Of a DNA stretch of 64,000 nt, positions 10,820 to 24,894 are shown in pieces. Origin of the DNA: Glaucostegus cemiculus (taxonomy: Eukaryota); contig CDPCPM010000107.1 of the NCBI GenBank assembly GCA_976551045.1, forward strand, positions 3,100,001 through 3,164,000. The letters are read 5' to 3'. The notes beneath the pieces were generated by a model that saw only the letters and a program-made list of their open reading frames with translations, did not search any database and was not told where the DNA came from. The first letter of the stretch is position 1. Each line of letters starts with the position of its first letter. A program made the translations under genes and the position numbers.

Positions 10820-13800
10820 TCAAAGAATACGAGCTTAGTTTATTCATATTGATGACAAAAACTTGCAAAATAAAAGTCTTCCGAAATGTTTCAAGATGCT
10901 TTGAACAAATATGTGCAAGTATTTGAGTGCAAGTGTCCACATTGTTTCTCAGTTATTCAGCTGTTTCTCTTAATGCAATTTGTGGTGATGTGCCACACCG
11001 GAAAAAAAGATATACAATTTATTAATGCTCATGTGGCCATTTACATTCTCTCATGACTGCTCTGAGATGGCAATAGTAAATTTAATGCATAAACCAAAAC
11101 CAGACATCATCATACTTCAATGACTGGGTTAAAAAAATTCTATAACTTTTACAAACATAACCTTTTTATTTTAAATCAAATATTGTGAGGCATACATCTC
11201 TTTTACACTTTTCATAGTTTACAATTCAAGAAGAATTTCCTGAAATTATAGAAAGATATTTTAAAATATATCTCAGAGCTACAGCTTTATTGAAGTGATC
11301 TCCAAGATCAGATCAGCAGGATGACTCCATGACATTCAACTGAAAAAGACATGATCTTGATTCTGCTTTTGTTGTTGGATGCACCGCAGCACCTCGGTAT
11401 TTAAAATAATAATTATGGATGCAGTACTTTTATTTGTTTGGATACATTTATAATTATCTTGATTCTTACTGGTACAATACATTTAAATAAAGAAACAACT
11501 ATGTCCACCTTTAGATTTTATACAAAATAGTAGAGATTCTGCATCTTAAAATTAATTAAACAGCATTTAAATTTTATTATGTACACCAGATGACACCTTT
11601 AAATGGAGATAGAATAAAGACAGAATTGCCTTTTGTTGACAATGTGCCAGTTAGTAATGGCATAAGGTCCATTCTACAGACACAAATTTTGTTTCATAAA
11701 GAGTGCAAACTGTGACAATGTTCTGATGTGAGATGAGTGAAAGGGACAAAGTGCACATGAACGTTCTTTTTTCCTTGTTTGGAGGTAGCTGGCAGCACAG
11801 AATGTTGAACAAACTTAGTTTGCAGAACCATTCTAGAGAGGTGTTTGCAGCATCCCCAGGAACCTTTTTCACACCTTCTGACAGATGACAAGGTAGTCTC
11901 TCGTTACAGTCTTTACAGGCAAGATCCAATAACTCAGTTGTACTGCCATGAACTAATGTTAAAATGTGCTGCATAATTAAAAACAATGTCACATGGAAGT
12001 AGATCATATAGTTGGCACTGCATATTACATTTCTCCATCCTTTAAAAAAAATGCCAAATCATTTGAACAATCAAATTAGGACCTCTGTAAGAACGGAAAA
12101 ATAATGAGCAACAAACAATCTGCTGGAGGAACTCAATGGGTTGAGCAGCATTTGTGGGGGTGGGGGGGGAGGAATTGATGAGGTTTTGGGTCAAAACTCT
12201 TGTGTACCCAGAATAATAATGAGCTGGGAAAGCAAAGAACTACAGTATCAAAAATAGAGGCACTGGATGCAAACAGCTTTACAGCAGAAGCTGTGCAATT
12301 CATTTATAGCAAAGAAACTGAAGAATCAAATGATTTCCAGAGTTAGGCTCACCAACAGCCTGGGACAGCATGCTCAAGGAGGATAGACAAAATCGTTTGC
12401 ATCTCCAGAAGATTCCAAAGATGTCGCCGGATGAATTGCTGGAGACAGGTTTTTGAACATTGTTTTTTTTTAAAAAACAGCTCCTCATCTGCTTTAGAAA
12501 ATCCACCGATAGTTGGGAGGCAGCAAACAAAACTTCCCTAGAGTATTATTTTCTCCAACTTCAATATTGTGAGCAGTAGTGAAAATTGATTAGAGATGGA
12601 GACAAGAGGGGAAGAGAATAAAAATAAAGTCAAACAGCAGTGCATTATAAATGGACATATTACAGTTTGTAAATAATTTAAATCTGTGACACAACTCTGT
12701 AACCCAGGGACAGTTTTTCCAAATCTGCTCCGATATTCCTGCACATATGATGTCTTTATATGGAACAGTGTTAACCTGGAAAGTCTAAATATGTAGATAC
12801 AGGCCGTCTCCAGGTAATGAACAAGTTCTGTTTTTTTCCCCCAGACATCCCTTATGTCGATTTTGTCCACTTAAGGAAGAAGATATACAAGAGTCACTCA
12901 GTATGGTAACCATTCCTCCACAGTATTGTAATGAATGGCATCAAAAGTACATGAGATTGATAAGAAAGAATGATTACTAACAGTGGAGGGAGAGAGGAAA
13001 CTAGTTCTGACATTCACATGTATGAATGTTGGACTTTTGAATTTAATAATAATATGGGAACTCATTTGTATCTACTGGTTGGCCATTTATAACCTGGGGA
13101 CAGCTTGTATAAAAATACAATAATGCAATATCCAAAAATGACAGCTCAACTGCCTAAATATTTAGAAAAGTACACAGGAATGCAATACTACTTACTTCAC
13201 TAGAGTGATAAAATATGTAAAACTAGTAATTGTTTCTCATTTGGAACAGAAACATTTGATACAGTTCAGACATTTGAACAATATACATTAAAAAATTAAG
13301 AGTACTATTTTACATTTATGCACCAATTATTTTAAGTGAAACATCACATTCTATTATAACATTTCCTGGATTAAATTTTCTCTAGTATAAGTGGTTTCCT
13401 GGACCATAGCTTATAATGCAGAATCAAAAAAGTCAATGGCCATTTTTAGTTAAGTAACTTGTGCTTTAAGTTCCATCTTAAAGTCAGACTGTGTACAGAT
13501 GTTCATGACTAATGACTTTAATTTCAGCGGTGATTCTTCAGTAACCCCTTTCTCATGCCCAGAAGGAAAATCTGTCTTTTGGGGTGGGGGTGGTTGGGGG
13601 GGGGGGGGCAGGGGTAGGAACTCAGAAATCAAATGCCCCAAGACTAGAATCTTCAGTGAAGTAGTGCAACTTTTGCTTGATATAATTCTGAGATAATCCA
13701 ATTCTAAAAAAAATTGAGTATTATTTTAAGTTTACATTAAAAGTTCAGCTGAAGATTAAAATGCTTTGTGTTCCCAACCTTTCCTGGGTAATGATGTCTC

Positions 13801-16800
13801 TGATGTCAAGCAAGCTTTTGATTAAGCACAAATGTGGAATGGCTCCGGAGCAGGGTAACAGCACCATGTATCATTACAAAATTATCACATTGAATATTTC
13901 TAAGAGTCATTTTTGTCAAAGTCATCTTTGATAACTGATTTTTTTTTTAAAGCTGCCTCGTGTTGCATGAAACTACTATTGGCATCTGCTGACACATTAT
14001 TAAGAGTTATAAATAATCTGATGAGTATCTAAACACTTTGGAGTCACACAACTGTGACAGCAAAAATACTTTACGTTTTTATTGCTTTTGGATGTCATTC
14101 AGTTCAAATATTGCTGATTAATATTGCATTATTGGAATGGAATCTTCAAAAGGGATTCCTGCATCTATGGTTTAGTCAGTGACTCTGTGACATGCTATGA
14201 AGGGAAAGTCAGAAGAGGGCAGGTTTGTTCACTGAATGGAAGACATCTTCTGTATTAAAGTAACTCCATAATAACTTCTGAACTGATGAAAACAATGAGC
14301 AATTTGAATTTAATGAAAGTACATTTCTCCTGATTAATTAAATTATTTGTAAAGAAAATTATTTACTGGTATAAACAGGTCAAAATATCTGGGCATAAAT
14401 CAAGTAACTGAGTCACAATTTAGACAGGAAGAACACGCACACTGAAATACAGTGAATCTTTTGCTAGACACTGTTTAACCTTACAGTGACTGAGGATTTC
14501 TATTAGCAAATTAAGGAGAAAACCTGAGACTCTTCAGGTTCAGATGGAGAACACTAGGAATTGTCTGAAAGCTGGGTGCACTTCTTTAATTTTGCTTTAC
14601 ATTTTAAAGTCACAGATTTTTAAAGAAACATTTTAAAAAAGCTGCAAATTAGGTTCCTTTTGAGAAATATTCTTAAAAAAACTTATAGATCAAACAAACA
14701 GATAAAACAGACTGGGATTACGACTAATTATTTACAAATGATATGCTGCGGAAGGTACACTCTTACACTCTTAGCTGTAACTTGGTAAGCAAGGATGCCA
14801 CATGAAGCATGAATTACCATAACACTGCAAGACTGCATCTCAAATTCCTGCACCAAATGCAAGTACAGATCACTGGAGGCTCTGGCTGTTTCCTTTAAAA
14901 TGAGCACAATAATTGACGGAAGCCAACAGCACGATGAAACATTTGAATAATAACTTACAAAGGCTGCTTTTTATATTCTGCTTATCAAATATTACTCCAT
15001 ATTTACATATTTAATAAAAATAAAGCATTGTACAAAGCAACTGACAACCAAAGAGCACATTCACTTGACTGGTACATAAAGAGTAAGTGCAATAGAAACA
15101 GTGCTGCCATATAATTAAAGGATGAACATCAAAGGAACATCACTTCAAAATATTGAAGTTGTCATTGCAAAACAAAATGTTAGTAGACATTGATGAAATT
15201 TGGAATTATCAACTTAAATTCTTCCATTTCTTCTGTTTAAAGTATTCAAACAAAACATAATCTGAGTAATAAATAGTCCAGGTAACCCATATGTCAATCG
15301 CTGATTGAAGCATACAGGAAGACAAAGATTTTCAGGAGTATGATATAAAATGAAGTGAGCTGCAAGCACACATATATACAAAATGTTAATGGAGTTACTG
15401 TTCTATTTGTCACAATTTTTAAGATACAAGTAGTAATAAGTAATCCTTTTTCTAAAAGCTCCCAAATTAGGTATCTAAATATGCAGTGATTTGCCTGTGT
15501 TCTCTTGCAGCTTAATGCATCTAAATGAAAACAAACATCAGGTATTTGGTCCTACAATTCAGTGCTTTAGAGCTGTGAGATAAAGTGTACTGGGTGGTGA
15601 AAAGCCATAACAGCTGGATGGGTGTTCATTCAAAAATTTCAGAATTAGGCCAAGAACAATGATTTCCAAAATGCAGCACCTTTAGAAGTATTTTATCATC
15701 TGTGGCCATATTCCTTTCTGAAATGATAAGTAAATATTCAGGGAATGCTTACAAGGCAAGCAAACGAGGCAAAAACTGCACAGAAAGATTGGAACAGATA
15801 GAATTTTAACTCTTATGTTGCACTTCTTAAAAATATATATATGGTTTTTGCTTGGATATGATTTACAGGAGGCACTCAATTAAGAGCTTCAGGTTAAAAG
15901 TTCGCTAGAATTGCAAATAAACCTTTGTCCAGTAATGCACTGTACACTAAATGAGTTATAGAAGGTACAATTCCATCTCCAAATTAGCTCAGATTCTTGT
16001 TTTGTATCATCCTCCTGATCTATTTGTGCTTATCATCTGAAAGAGCAAATAGTTTAAGGTCAACAATATAAACAGGTATAAATCAGAACTTTATTCTTCC
16101 TTTGATTATGTTATTACAAGGAATAAAAAGAATTAAGAAAGGCTTTTCTCTTTGCTTCCCTTATATGTGGCCACTCAAATGCAATGCAAATAGTTAAATA
16201 CAGAGAGACCAAGTACTGTGCACATGAAAGTGACTAGTCCCCTGGCTCTGGAGCTTCACCTAATCTTCAAGTCCTTAGCAGCAGAGTTTCTACTAACTAA
16301 CAATTCACATTCCTATGCTTGCGTGTTACAGAAGTCACATTTTATGGAATTTATAAAGAGGAATGTAAGAAAGGAGGCAGGTATTGGCTGGAGGGCAGGT
16401 GCATAAAATTAGCCAAAAGAGGAGCTGTGGTAAACATTCATATATGCACATACTGCACAGCACAAATTTCATACTAGGACATTACATCTGGTTTTTAAAA
16501 TCCTATTAAGCTTCCTGATAGCACTCATGCACAATTCTGCCGTCGAGGGATGACCTCCCTTTCCTTAAGTAACATAATATCATAATATCAATTGGAAACA
16601 CTGAAGGGCAGTGATTTTAACATGTTTGGAGTGCTTGGTATTGCACTGAGTGAATGCCACAATCATACAGGTGTGCTGAGTCTATTTTCAGGCTCTTAGA
16701 GTTGTCCTAATTATAATACTAGAGTGTGGTAGCCTCTAAGTATAGTTGTCATCATATAGTCTCTTAACATAGCCATCAATAAGCCTACATGGCAAGTGAT

Positions 16801-17120
16801 ATTATATACCATTGTTATTGCATGGACATGACACCATACATTCATCCCTGGAGGAGAGGAGGGTCTGATATACCACCCTTGTAACACAACAATTTTTACT
16901 GCTTAATATAGTTGGCATTCTATTTGGGAATCCAATGGCAATCGAGTTTGCACAATTCTTTATCTCTAGCTGTTTTCCTGAAATTCAATTTTATATCAAA
17001 GAAAGAAAGCAGGTTCAAATCATATCTAAAGTGAATGCCATTCTAAGGACCGTAAAGTAGTAGAAAAATGAAGAGGCTGAAAAGCAGGCCTCAGCTTGCA
17101 ACTTGTCATTGCAAAATTCT
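10820..17120 (-). other. RALGAPA2: Probable RALGAPA2 3'UTR, extent uncertain
   Basis: Follows the stop at 17121-17123 and is TE-poor and AU-rich. Minus-strand AATAAA occurs at 16090-16095, 14078-14083 and 10839-10844; the last is followed by a U-rich downstream tract. Confidence 0.4.
12105..12205 (-). mobile_element. Penelope-like element terminal remnant
   Basis: acaaacaatctgctggaggaactcaatgggttgagcagcat...ttttgggtcaaaac matches the termini at 38402-38510 and 47378-47473. Confidence 0.65.
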
Positions 17121-17275
17121 TCAGCTTGAACATTTACTAGGTGAACTGGCAGAACGGCAAGATTTCCCAGAGACACTGTTTTTTGTGGCACCCGGCAGTG
17201 TTGGGGAGAGCTGACCTGTTAGATCAGTCCTCACATCTATGGGCATTTCAGTGCTTTGACTTCCATTAGGAGAAC
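17121..17275 (-). CDS. RALGAPA2: RALGAPA2 terminal coding exon (long C-terminus): (G)SPNGSQSTEMPIDVRTDLTGQLSPTLPGATKNSVSGKSCRSASSPSKCSS*
   Basis: Acceptor tgtgccatttttcag|GT at 17276/17275. The phase matches the donor of the 62632-62753 exon (G|GT). Its 155 nt equal 2 nt plus 51 codons ending in TGA. SPTLP..TKN.VSGK..RSAS resembles the RalGAP-alpha long tail as I recall it. Confidence 0.85.
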
Positions 17276-20200
17276 CTGAAAAATGGCACAAAATGAATGA
17301 ATTAGTTTTCTGGTTCCATTTTTCAAATATACATTTTAAAGAATATTCATGGAGCTGGGATACTTGCTCTGGGGGTTCAATTGGGAAATTTCATGCAAAA
17401 TGTACTTGAAATTGCACTGGTTGGATTTGGGTTTAGGCTTTCAATAAAATTAATTTACAAATGTAAAATCTTTTCCAGCTGCTTTAAGGAATAGTTTCCA
17501 TTAAAATTTACCCCTTCATATATTTAACAGCATAATCTGGAGCACCTTTATTAATACAAATTAAGAAGATGTTTATCACTAAAGACAAACATTTTCAGTA
17601 AGAGGATTCTGTCCTGCATCTGTGATTAAGCCAGTTTAAAAATGACTGCAAGTGACTAAAAACTACTGAATTAATGAAAAGTTTTACCTATTCACACCGA
17701 TTAGTTGCTTAATAAATTAAATACTGTTTGGTCCAAAAATTCTTTTAAAACACTTCAATGCATTGAAAAAACACACAATTTGAAGAACATTCCTGAACCA
17801 TGTAAACAGTGGAGTGAACTAATTATTCCTTGGATGCTTTGGCAGCCTTGTGAATGGGCCTTATTTAGGTGAACTGTGTCTTGAAACAGTATAAAGCCAT
17901 AAACCCAAGTGGTTTTGGAAATAACTCAGTCTCATTTGAACTTGTCCAATTTTTTTGCTCCAGTTCAGCTGGATTGTGCTGATATTACAAGCAGAAACTT
18001 GACTCCTGGGTGTGTGTATAACAAAATACAAGAGCAACACTAACACACAGACATTTGTGTCACTGAGACTGTTAAACTCAGAAGAATCAATGAAAATATG
18101 CAAGGTGCAATGAGATTAATATTACAAAACCCAGGCTTTCTTAAGTTATGTGAAGTGCTGGTTGGAAGATGATATTTTGATAAGTTTTCCTGTGAAATAG
18201 TAAATGGCTTAAAAAGGGTCTTGCTGAGAAGATTGGACTAAATGCAAATCTATTTTATGTTTTTTTTGGTGAAGATTATATAAAACTTTGATAAAGTTGC
18301 TGGCAATTAGTTAACATTAGTATTCACAGTAATGTGAAGGATGCGATGAGTTTTGGGCCAAATAAGTTATACATGTCAGTGGAACCTACGATTTCATCCA
18401 CCATTAAAAGGGAAATGAAATCCACTGTATTTATTGGGATATTCTGCATCAATGTATTTGTAATGAGCGAAAGAAACCAACATTTTGGAGATATCCCAAA
18501 TGCTTTCAGGTTGCCTATTTGGAATAATAATGCATTATTTCAGTTTACTTCCAGAAAAAAGGAGATTCTAATTTGGTATAGACTAATAACATATCTTTAA
18601 TATAGCACTTGACTAGAACCTAGAGATAAAACTGGCCCTTCATTTTTGAGCACACTATCTGTGCAGCTGAAAGCATCTGCAGTAAGATTAAGTAGCTGAT
18701 ATCAGGTTGCATACTACACAATTAGCAGAAGGATTCATAAGCTAAACAGGCCTTCTACTAAGTCTTGAGAAAATAGAAAAAGCACATAAGTACAGTACAA
18801 GCTGGTGCAATAATCGTGATCTCCTCAAAATGCATAAGTTTGGAGAAGCAATGGCAGCACCAAGAAACACAGTGGTGAAGTGAAGCAGTTTATAGATAAT
18901 AATCATGACCCAATGTTGTGTTGTATTTTTAGTCCTTCCTAATAACAGTCATTTGGAGCATATCTGCTTCATTCAATTTTATTCTGTCAGCTGGCTCCAT
19001 TTTGACAAATTCTTTCAGATTATTGTGTAGTCAATTGAATCTCTTTCAACTGCAGTTACTTATGGTAAATCAGAATTCACAGCTGCTGAAATTGTTAACT
19101 TCAGATACAATGGTACAGAACCATCTGGAAAGTAGACTGACTGAGTCTCAATTATAATACATAAAACTTTTGGATAGTTATCCATTACAATTTAGGTGTC
19201 AAATTCATATCTCTGTAAATTAAATTGTTGATAGAGTTGACAAACAACCTGGAAATTTATAAATCACCTAAGACTTTATCTACAATCCACATTAAGGGGA
19301 ATGAGGGGAACCCTAATGCACTGGGACAATTTTATGCAGAACTTGCACAAATCCATTAGTTGATTTTTGTATCATGATAGAGGTCATGGTTGTCCTATCC
19401 AAATCACACTGGGTAAAGAAACTAGCAAAATAGATAATAAAGCTAGTTGGAGATTGTAAATTATTCAAAAATCTTATTTGTTGCAATTAGAAATTTCATT
19501 TTCTACAGTCTGTAGCTACTTAGCGACGCATATTATTTCTCTGCTTGATCCTGGGCTCAGTTCTTCCTCTCCTGAATGCTGGATATCTGCCCTTTACAAG
19601 ATAGTGGGAAAACTAAATCAGGTAATAGTGATTAAGGAACAAGGTAGATTATACAAAGAGGAGACATGTCCCAATTGTGTCACCAAATCATTCCAAAAGA
19701 CTTCAGTGTATACCAGTAAAAAAAAGCTGAAATCACCTAGACAGTGTTGTATTCTGGAAGTCTAACTTCACATTGAAAAAGTCAAAAGTACAAACAACTG
19801 TTTTCACAACCGGAAAACTGAAGGTATGGGTAAGACTGGTTTGGGTTGCTGATGGCTTCAAAATAAAGGACAAATCTGATTGAGTGAGATACTGGGAAGA
19901 ATCACCATACTGGTGCTAGGGCAACACTAGATGGACATTTGTTCATATTATGGAAATGGTGTTTTTGGATCTACACCAGCATTTCGTCATCACCAGGATC
20001 CAGCGGCTCTGGTCAGTTCCAAATATTTATCTATTTATTATGTACGGCTCATAAATTTTTATATACTAGAGAAAAAACTATTTTCATAATTCAACTTATT
20101 TTAGTTTGTTAATATTACCCTTGATGCTGAGGATTCCTTAGAACCAGGTTTTATAGGTGAATGTTTTTACGCATAAAATTATTTTCACTGTTCATCATAT

Positions 20201-22809
20201 ATGGATCAAAAAGGTTACAAAGTCAGCCCTCTATTCTACAGATGTTGCAGTGGAGCAAAACAAGCTTGAGTATTTAATTAGAAAAGGATTTAATTAGCTC
20301 AAACAGGAAGGGGTTATGGCATTCTATCATTTTTTTTAAACATGCAGTAAAGGCTTTTTAAAATCAATATGTCTTTGAGCAAATTATAAAAGGAAAGACT
20401 TAATATTTTGTTGTAATAAATGTACATATGAATGGAATGTAGCTTCATATGAGCAGATATTTATTCTATTAATAACATTAATCAAGAGATATTCTAAACA
20501 AGCTTGTCTGGAATATTGTCATATGAAATTATTTAAGTACATTAAACTATTCAAGTTCTTGACTGTACAATTTACATTTTAACATAAATGGTTTGCTGGA
20601 ACAGTTCCAGATTGTTGTAAAGAACACATTAATACTATATCTGATATCATCTATTGTGTTATGCAGCTGATTAAGTGATAAATTTGGTAGACTGGTGATT
20701 GACTACGGCGATGGAGGAGGATCGGGGGTGGAGTGGGAAAATGTAGAATGGTGTTGTGAAGAGAAAACCCATTGGAATGGAATGACAGGAGCTACTGTAT
20801 TGATACCAGTCCCTAATGAACACACTGGTATTGTTTGTGGCTTTGTGCAATGCAAAAGCTCAGAAGACGTAAAGTGAATATCACTTGTAAATTAACTATA
20901 GAGAAAGTGAGGGAAAAACAACAGCCACTTACAACAACAGTAGGCTAATTATAACAAGACTATTATTTGCTGAGATTACATTTCATTGTGGTGTGGTTCA
21001 GATGGAGTTTCACAGTACAAAGAAAAACAATTGATGCTTATGGAGACACCACATAATAATGTTTTCCTTTCCCCAACTAAGGTCCTTTTAAAATTATGTT
21101 TTAATTGGATAATCTAGTTTGTTTAGTTCCATTAATGGAGTTAAAAGAGGCATGTTATCCTTTGGTTGGTAAATGGTATATGCATTGCAATATTCTAGAT
21201 TGGGGTTTGGGGGCAGGGAAGGATTGGGTGGGGTGTGGATAGGAATAGAAGTAGATGCTCAAACCTCTTCTACCACTCAACAAGATCATGGTTGATCTAT
21301 GACCCAATTACATATAATATGATGTATTAGAGAAATACCAATATTTCTAAAGTAATTGAAGGCAGCTTTCTTGGTATTATGCATTAGTATTTCAGCAAAC
21401 CACTGCTAATGCAACACATAAAAGTGAATATGTAAGAATTAAAGTGGCACCAACAGCCTGACAGCCTTTTCCAGCACCACTCTATAAAACAGCAGCTTGA
21501 TGAACTTGTGCATTATGTCCTGTCATTTTTAGCCCATTTTAAATAGTAAGAAACTATTAGCACTATGCTCTAAAATGTAATGAACTGGTCCAAACAGAAC
21601 TGTCAAAGAAATCAATATGCAAAAGGCAACACAAGCTGCTATCAGATATCAGTTACAGGATAACCCTGCGTTGATTTTATACTTTGTTTATATGCTCAGA
21701 CTACAAATGAAATCCTACCCTTTAAACTCAAGAGGCATACTGCCTGCTGATGAAGCTATCTCTCCAGTGTTACAAGTTGGCAGCAGAAGTGAAATATTGC
21801 TGAAGTAATCTGTCACATACTGGCATGTGTGCATCTTTGAATGAAGGTTTTATTCCTTTATAAGCTTATTTCATAAAGGTGAAATAATGGTTTAGGTTCA
21901 GTAGAAATTCAGTTTTAATAGCTCACCTGGTATGGAGTGCTGCTGCTGCTGCTAATAATTGGATTAGAAACATTATTCCTTGACCAAGCACAGCACAGCC
22001 TTCTGAACTCAACACTCAAGTTCAGCCTTTTCAGTTAACAATTCTGTTACTCCCATCTCTAACGATTACAAGATAGATTTTTATTTGCCTCCTCTTTGCC
22101 TTCTACCATCATCTTTTTTGTCATTTAATCCCTCCTCCTACTCTGTAGGAGAAAAAAAGCTTTTATTATTTCTTTCCTTCATCCTTTCTCTACATTTTAT
22201 AATGAATTTATAACTTTTCCCAGTTTTGATGATCCTAATCTGAAATATTAACTTTGTTTTCCCATCTTAGATGCTGCATGACCTGTTGAGTATTTTCAAC
22301 AATTTTTGCTTTTAATTTTTTATGAAGACTCTCGGAAGTTATCTAATTGAAACTTACCACTTAAAGAAAAAAGGCATAAAAAGAGCTAATGAAAAGAAGA
22401 AATGTCATCTAGTTTGTAATAAGCAATGCCTGCCCAAGAACTAATCTGTTCTTTTAAATTTGATCTTTTGCACAGAACAAATTTTAATTGCTTGAAAATT
22501 GGCAACCTTTGTCTAATTCAGCCCTGGGCTCTGATACAACCCCCTAGCTTCCCTACACCCGAATTCTTTTGCATCCCTTGAAACCTTCTCCATCCTTTAA
22601 AATATCGATTAATACTTCTCTCTGTGATCATGCTTTCAGTCTTTTGCCCTAATATCTCCCTATGTAGCTCAAACATTATTTGATAGTTTTCCTAACATGC
22701 ACCTTGTGTATTTTTTTTTACTGTGTCAGGTTACCACATAAATTCAAGCTGTTGCTCTACAAACTACTGATGTCTTATATATAGAAAGTGAAACTTTAAT
22801 TCTGCAACT

Positions 22810-23205
22810 TCTAGTATCTCCAATTATCGCCTTCCAGCTTCTCTCTCTACCTCCATCCTCCCTTACCACATGGCTTTATCTACCCCCTTCTTTTACTTCC
22901 CCCTCTCACTTCTGTTCTTTCCTCTCACCTGCCTCTACCTATCACCCATCATCTGCTGTCTCCCAACTCCATCCCTTCCCTTTCCCCACCTGGCTCCAGC
23001 TACCCACCATCACCCTCCTCACCTGGTTCCACCCATCACCTGCTAGCCCTTGCCTTGCCTCTCCCTCTCACCTCTTTACACTGGCCACCTCCCCTCTACA
23101 CTCTCAGTCCCGATGCAGGGTCTCGACTTGAAGCGTCCACTATCCCTTGACCTCCAGAGATGCTGCCTGATCTTGTGTTCCTTCAGCAGTTTGGTTTTTT
23201 TGCTT
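22810..23205 (+). mobile_element. Penelope-like element terminus: pyrimidine-rich tract plus a decayed hammerhead motif
   Basis: CT-rich tract followed by cagtcccgatgcagggtctcgacttgaagcgtc and agatgctgcctga, homologous to 38925-39035. Confidence 0.75.
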
Positions 23206-23439
23206 TAATTTTATGCTTCTCTCAATTTTATTTTTGCTGTCTTTCTTTCTCTAATACTGTGGCACAATCAGGTATTATTTCAGAGGACTCATTGGAAACA
23301 CAGCATTCAGATGGTTTGCACATTCAAACGCCCATGAGATGGCCTTTGATTATTTGATAGATAAAAGCACCAGCTGGTGCAGTATGAAACTACTGAGCAG
23401 GGTCACACTTTATTGTGACACAAAAAATTCTGCAGGGCC

Positions 23440-23792
23440 GCTCCTTACAAGTGACAGGGTAGGAAGAGGTGCAGCCAAAGTAATTGTGGGAGTCAGTGGG
23501 TTTGTAGAAGAGGTCTGTGGTTAATCTTTCTCTGGAGATGGAGACAGAGAGAGAGAGATCCAGAAAGGGGAGAGATGTGTTGGAGATGGATCAAGTGAAT
23601 CTGAGGGCAGGGTAGAAAGTGGAGGCAAAGTTAATGAAACTGACGAGCTCAGCATGGGTGCAGGAAATTGCCCCAATGTAGTGAAGAAGGAGTTGGGGGG
23701 CATTACTGGTGTAGGCTTGGAACATGGACTGTTTTATGTAGCCAACAAACAGGCAGGCATAGCTGGGGCCCATGCAAGTGCCCATGGTTACA
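23440..23792 (-). mobile_element. Penelope-like reverse transcriptase fragment, decayed
   Basis: Translates to MGTCMGPSYACLFVG...FINFASTFYPALRFT, then SISNTSLPFLDL...YKPTDSHNY, which are typical PLE RT motifs. The catalytic YIDD is deleted (reads HYIGA). Confidence 0.85.
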
Positions 23793-23842
23793 CCTTACTG
23801 TGATGCTTTATTACTGTGATGCTTTTTGGAGGTAAACATCTT

Positions 23843-24455
23843 CAGAATCAGGATCGGAATCATTTTATTGTCGCAACCATATACACACACAGTATATGCA
23901 TAGGAGCGAGATACTGTCCTCCACAGGTGCACGTCACATTAAGTATTAAACAGAAGAGACACAAAGACAGAAAGACACTGAAAAACATTATAACCACAAA
24001 AAAATTAAATTATGCAACTTAAATAGTCTTAAAATGAGCGAACTGGCAGCGGACATTTAAAGTGCTGGTGCGTTTCTGTACGCCTAGCATCCTTTAGTGT
24101 TGGCAGGAGAGATGGAGGGATGAGGGAGTTCACAGATCTAATGGCTTGTGGTAAGAAGCTATTACACAGCCTGGTTGTTCTCGCCCTGATGTATTTGAGC
24201 CTTCTCCCAGACAGCAAGAGTGTGAAGAGATGATGGGAGGGGTGAGAAGGATCAGACATTGTATTTTTGGCCTTCCTAACACATTGGTCCTTGTATATGT
24301 CAGCGATGGAGGGTAGAGAGACACCCATGATCTTCTCCGCTGCCCTTACTATCCTCTGGAGGGACTTCCGTCCAGCAGCTGAGCAGCTCCCAAACCAGAC
24401 TGTGATACATTGAGTTAGGATGCTCTCGATAGTCCCTCTATAAAAAGTTTTCATT
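23843..24455 (-). mobile_element. Rex1/Babar-clade LINE 3' fragment
   Basis: Peptide [24 protein letters not shown]...[10 protein letters not shown]...RTTRL.NSF.PQAIR and its 3'UTR/tail are homologous to the 32629-34059 copy. Confidence 0.92.
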
Positions 24456-24469
24456 TCCTCAGTCCACAT

Positions 24470-24570
24470 GTCCCTACACTAGAAATTACTGGGCATTCCC
24501 ATAGCCCTCTATTTTACTTAGCTCCATGTACCTATCTAACAGTCTCTTGAAAGACCCTATCGTATTCGCA
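24470..24570 (-). mobile_element. CR1 LINE 3' fragment
   Basis: ccatagccctctattttac...ccatgtacctatctaacagtctcttgaaagac is the reverse complement of a CR1 3' region. Confidence 0.6.
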
Positions 24571-24894
24571 ATGTATAGATGTTGGAGGGAAATCTTAAAT
24601 TCTTTTCACAAATGATTGGGAGTATTAGACGAGAGAGAGGTGGGAATGTGGAAGGATTTGAGAACATACTACTGGAATCCTAGCTGGAGTAAATTCCTTT
24701 GGGTGAATCTGGGAATTATCAAGCAAAAGAAGGAAAACTCTGCAGCCTGTGATTCACAAGGTAACGCAAGCTGCAAAAGGGTGACAGTGAAAATTTCAGC
24801 TTCGGTAAAAAGTTTGAAAGCTGCAAGAAAATGAATTTGAGAGTGGGCTCACCATAATGAAACTGTGTAATAACAGTAGTCAGCTAAACTAATC

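Noticed and set aside
13581-13618. G-rich run with G-quadruplex potential, and poly-C runs near 5985 and 40823
   Set aside because: Simple homopolymer-type tracts with no further support, and run length is error-prone.
21927-21951. Minus-strand micro-exon candidate with tandem CAG acceptors and a CAG|gtgagc donor
   Set aside because: No polypyrimidine tract, frame-shifting length, and explained by a short (CTG)n microsatellite.
22358-22385. Minus-strand 28-nt pseudo-exon (ttttcattag|...GTG|gtaagt)
   Set aside because: The body is itself a U-rich tract encoding an implausible peptide, and there is no homology support.
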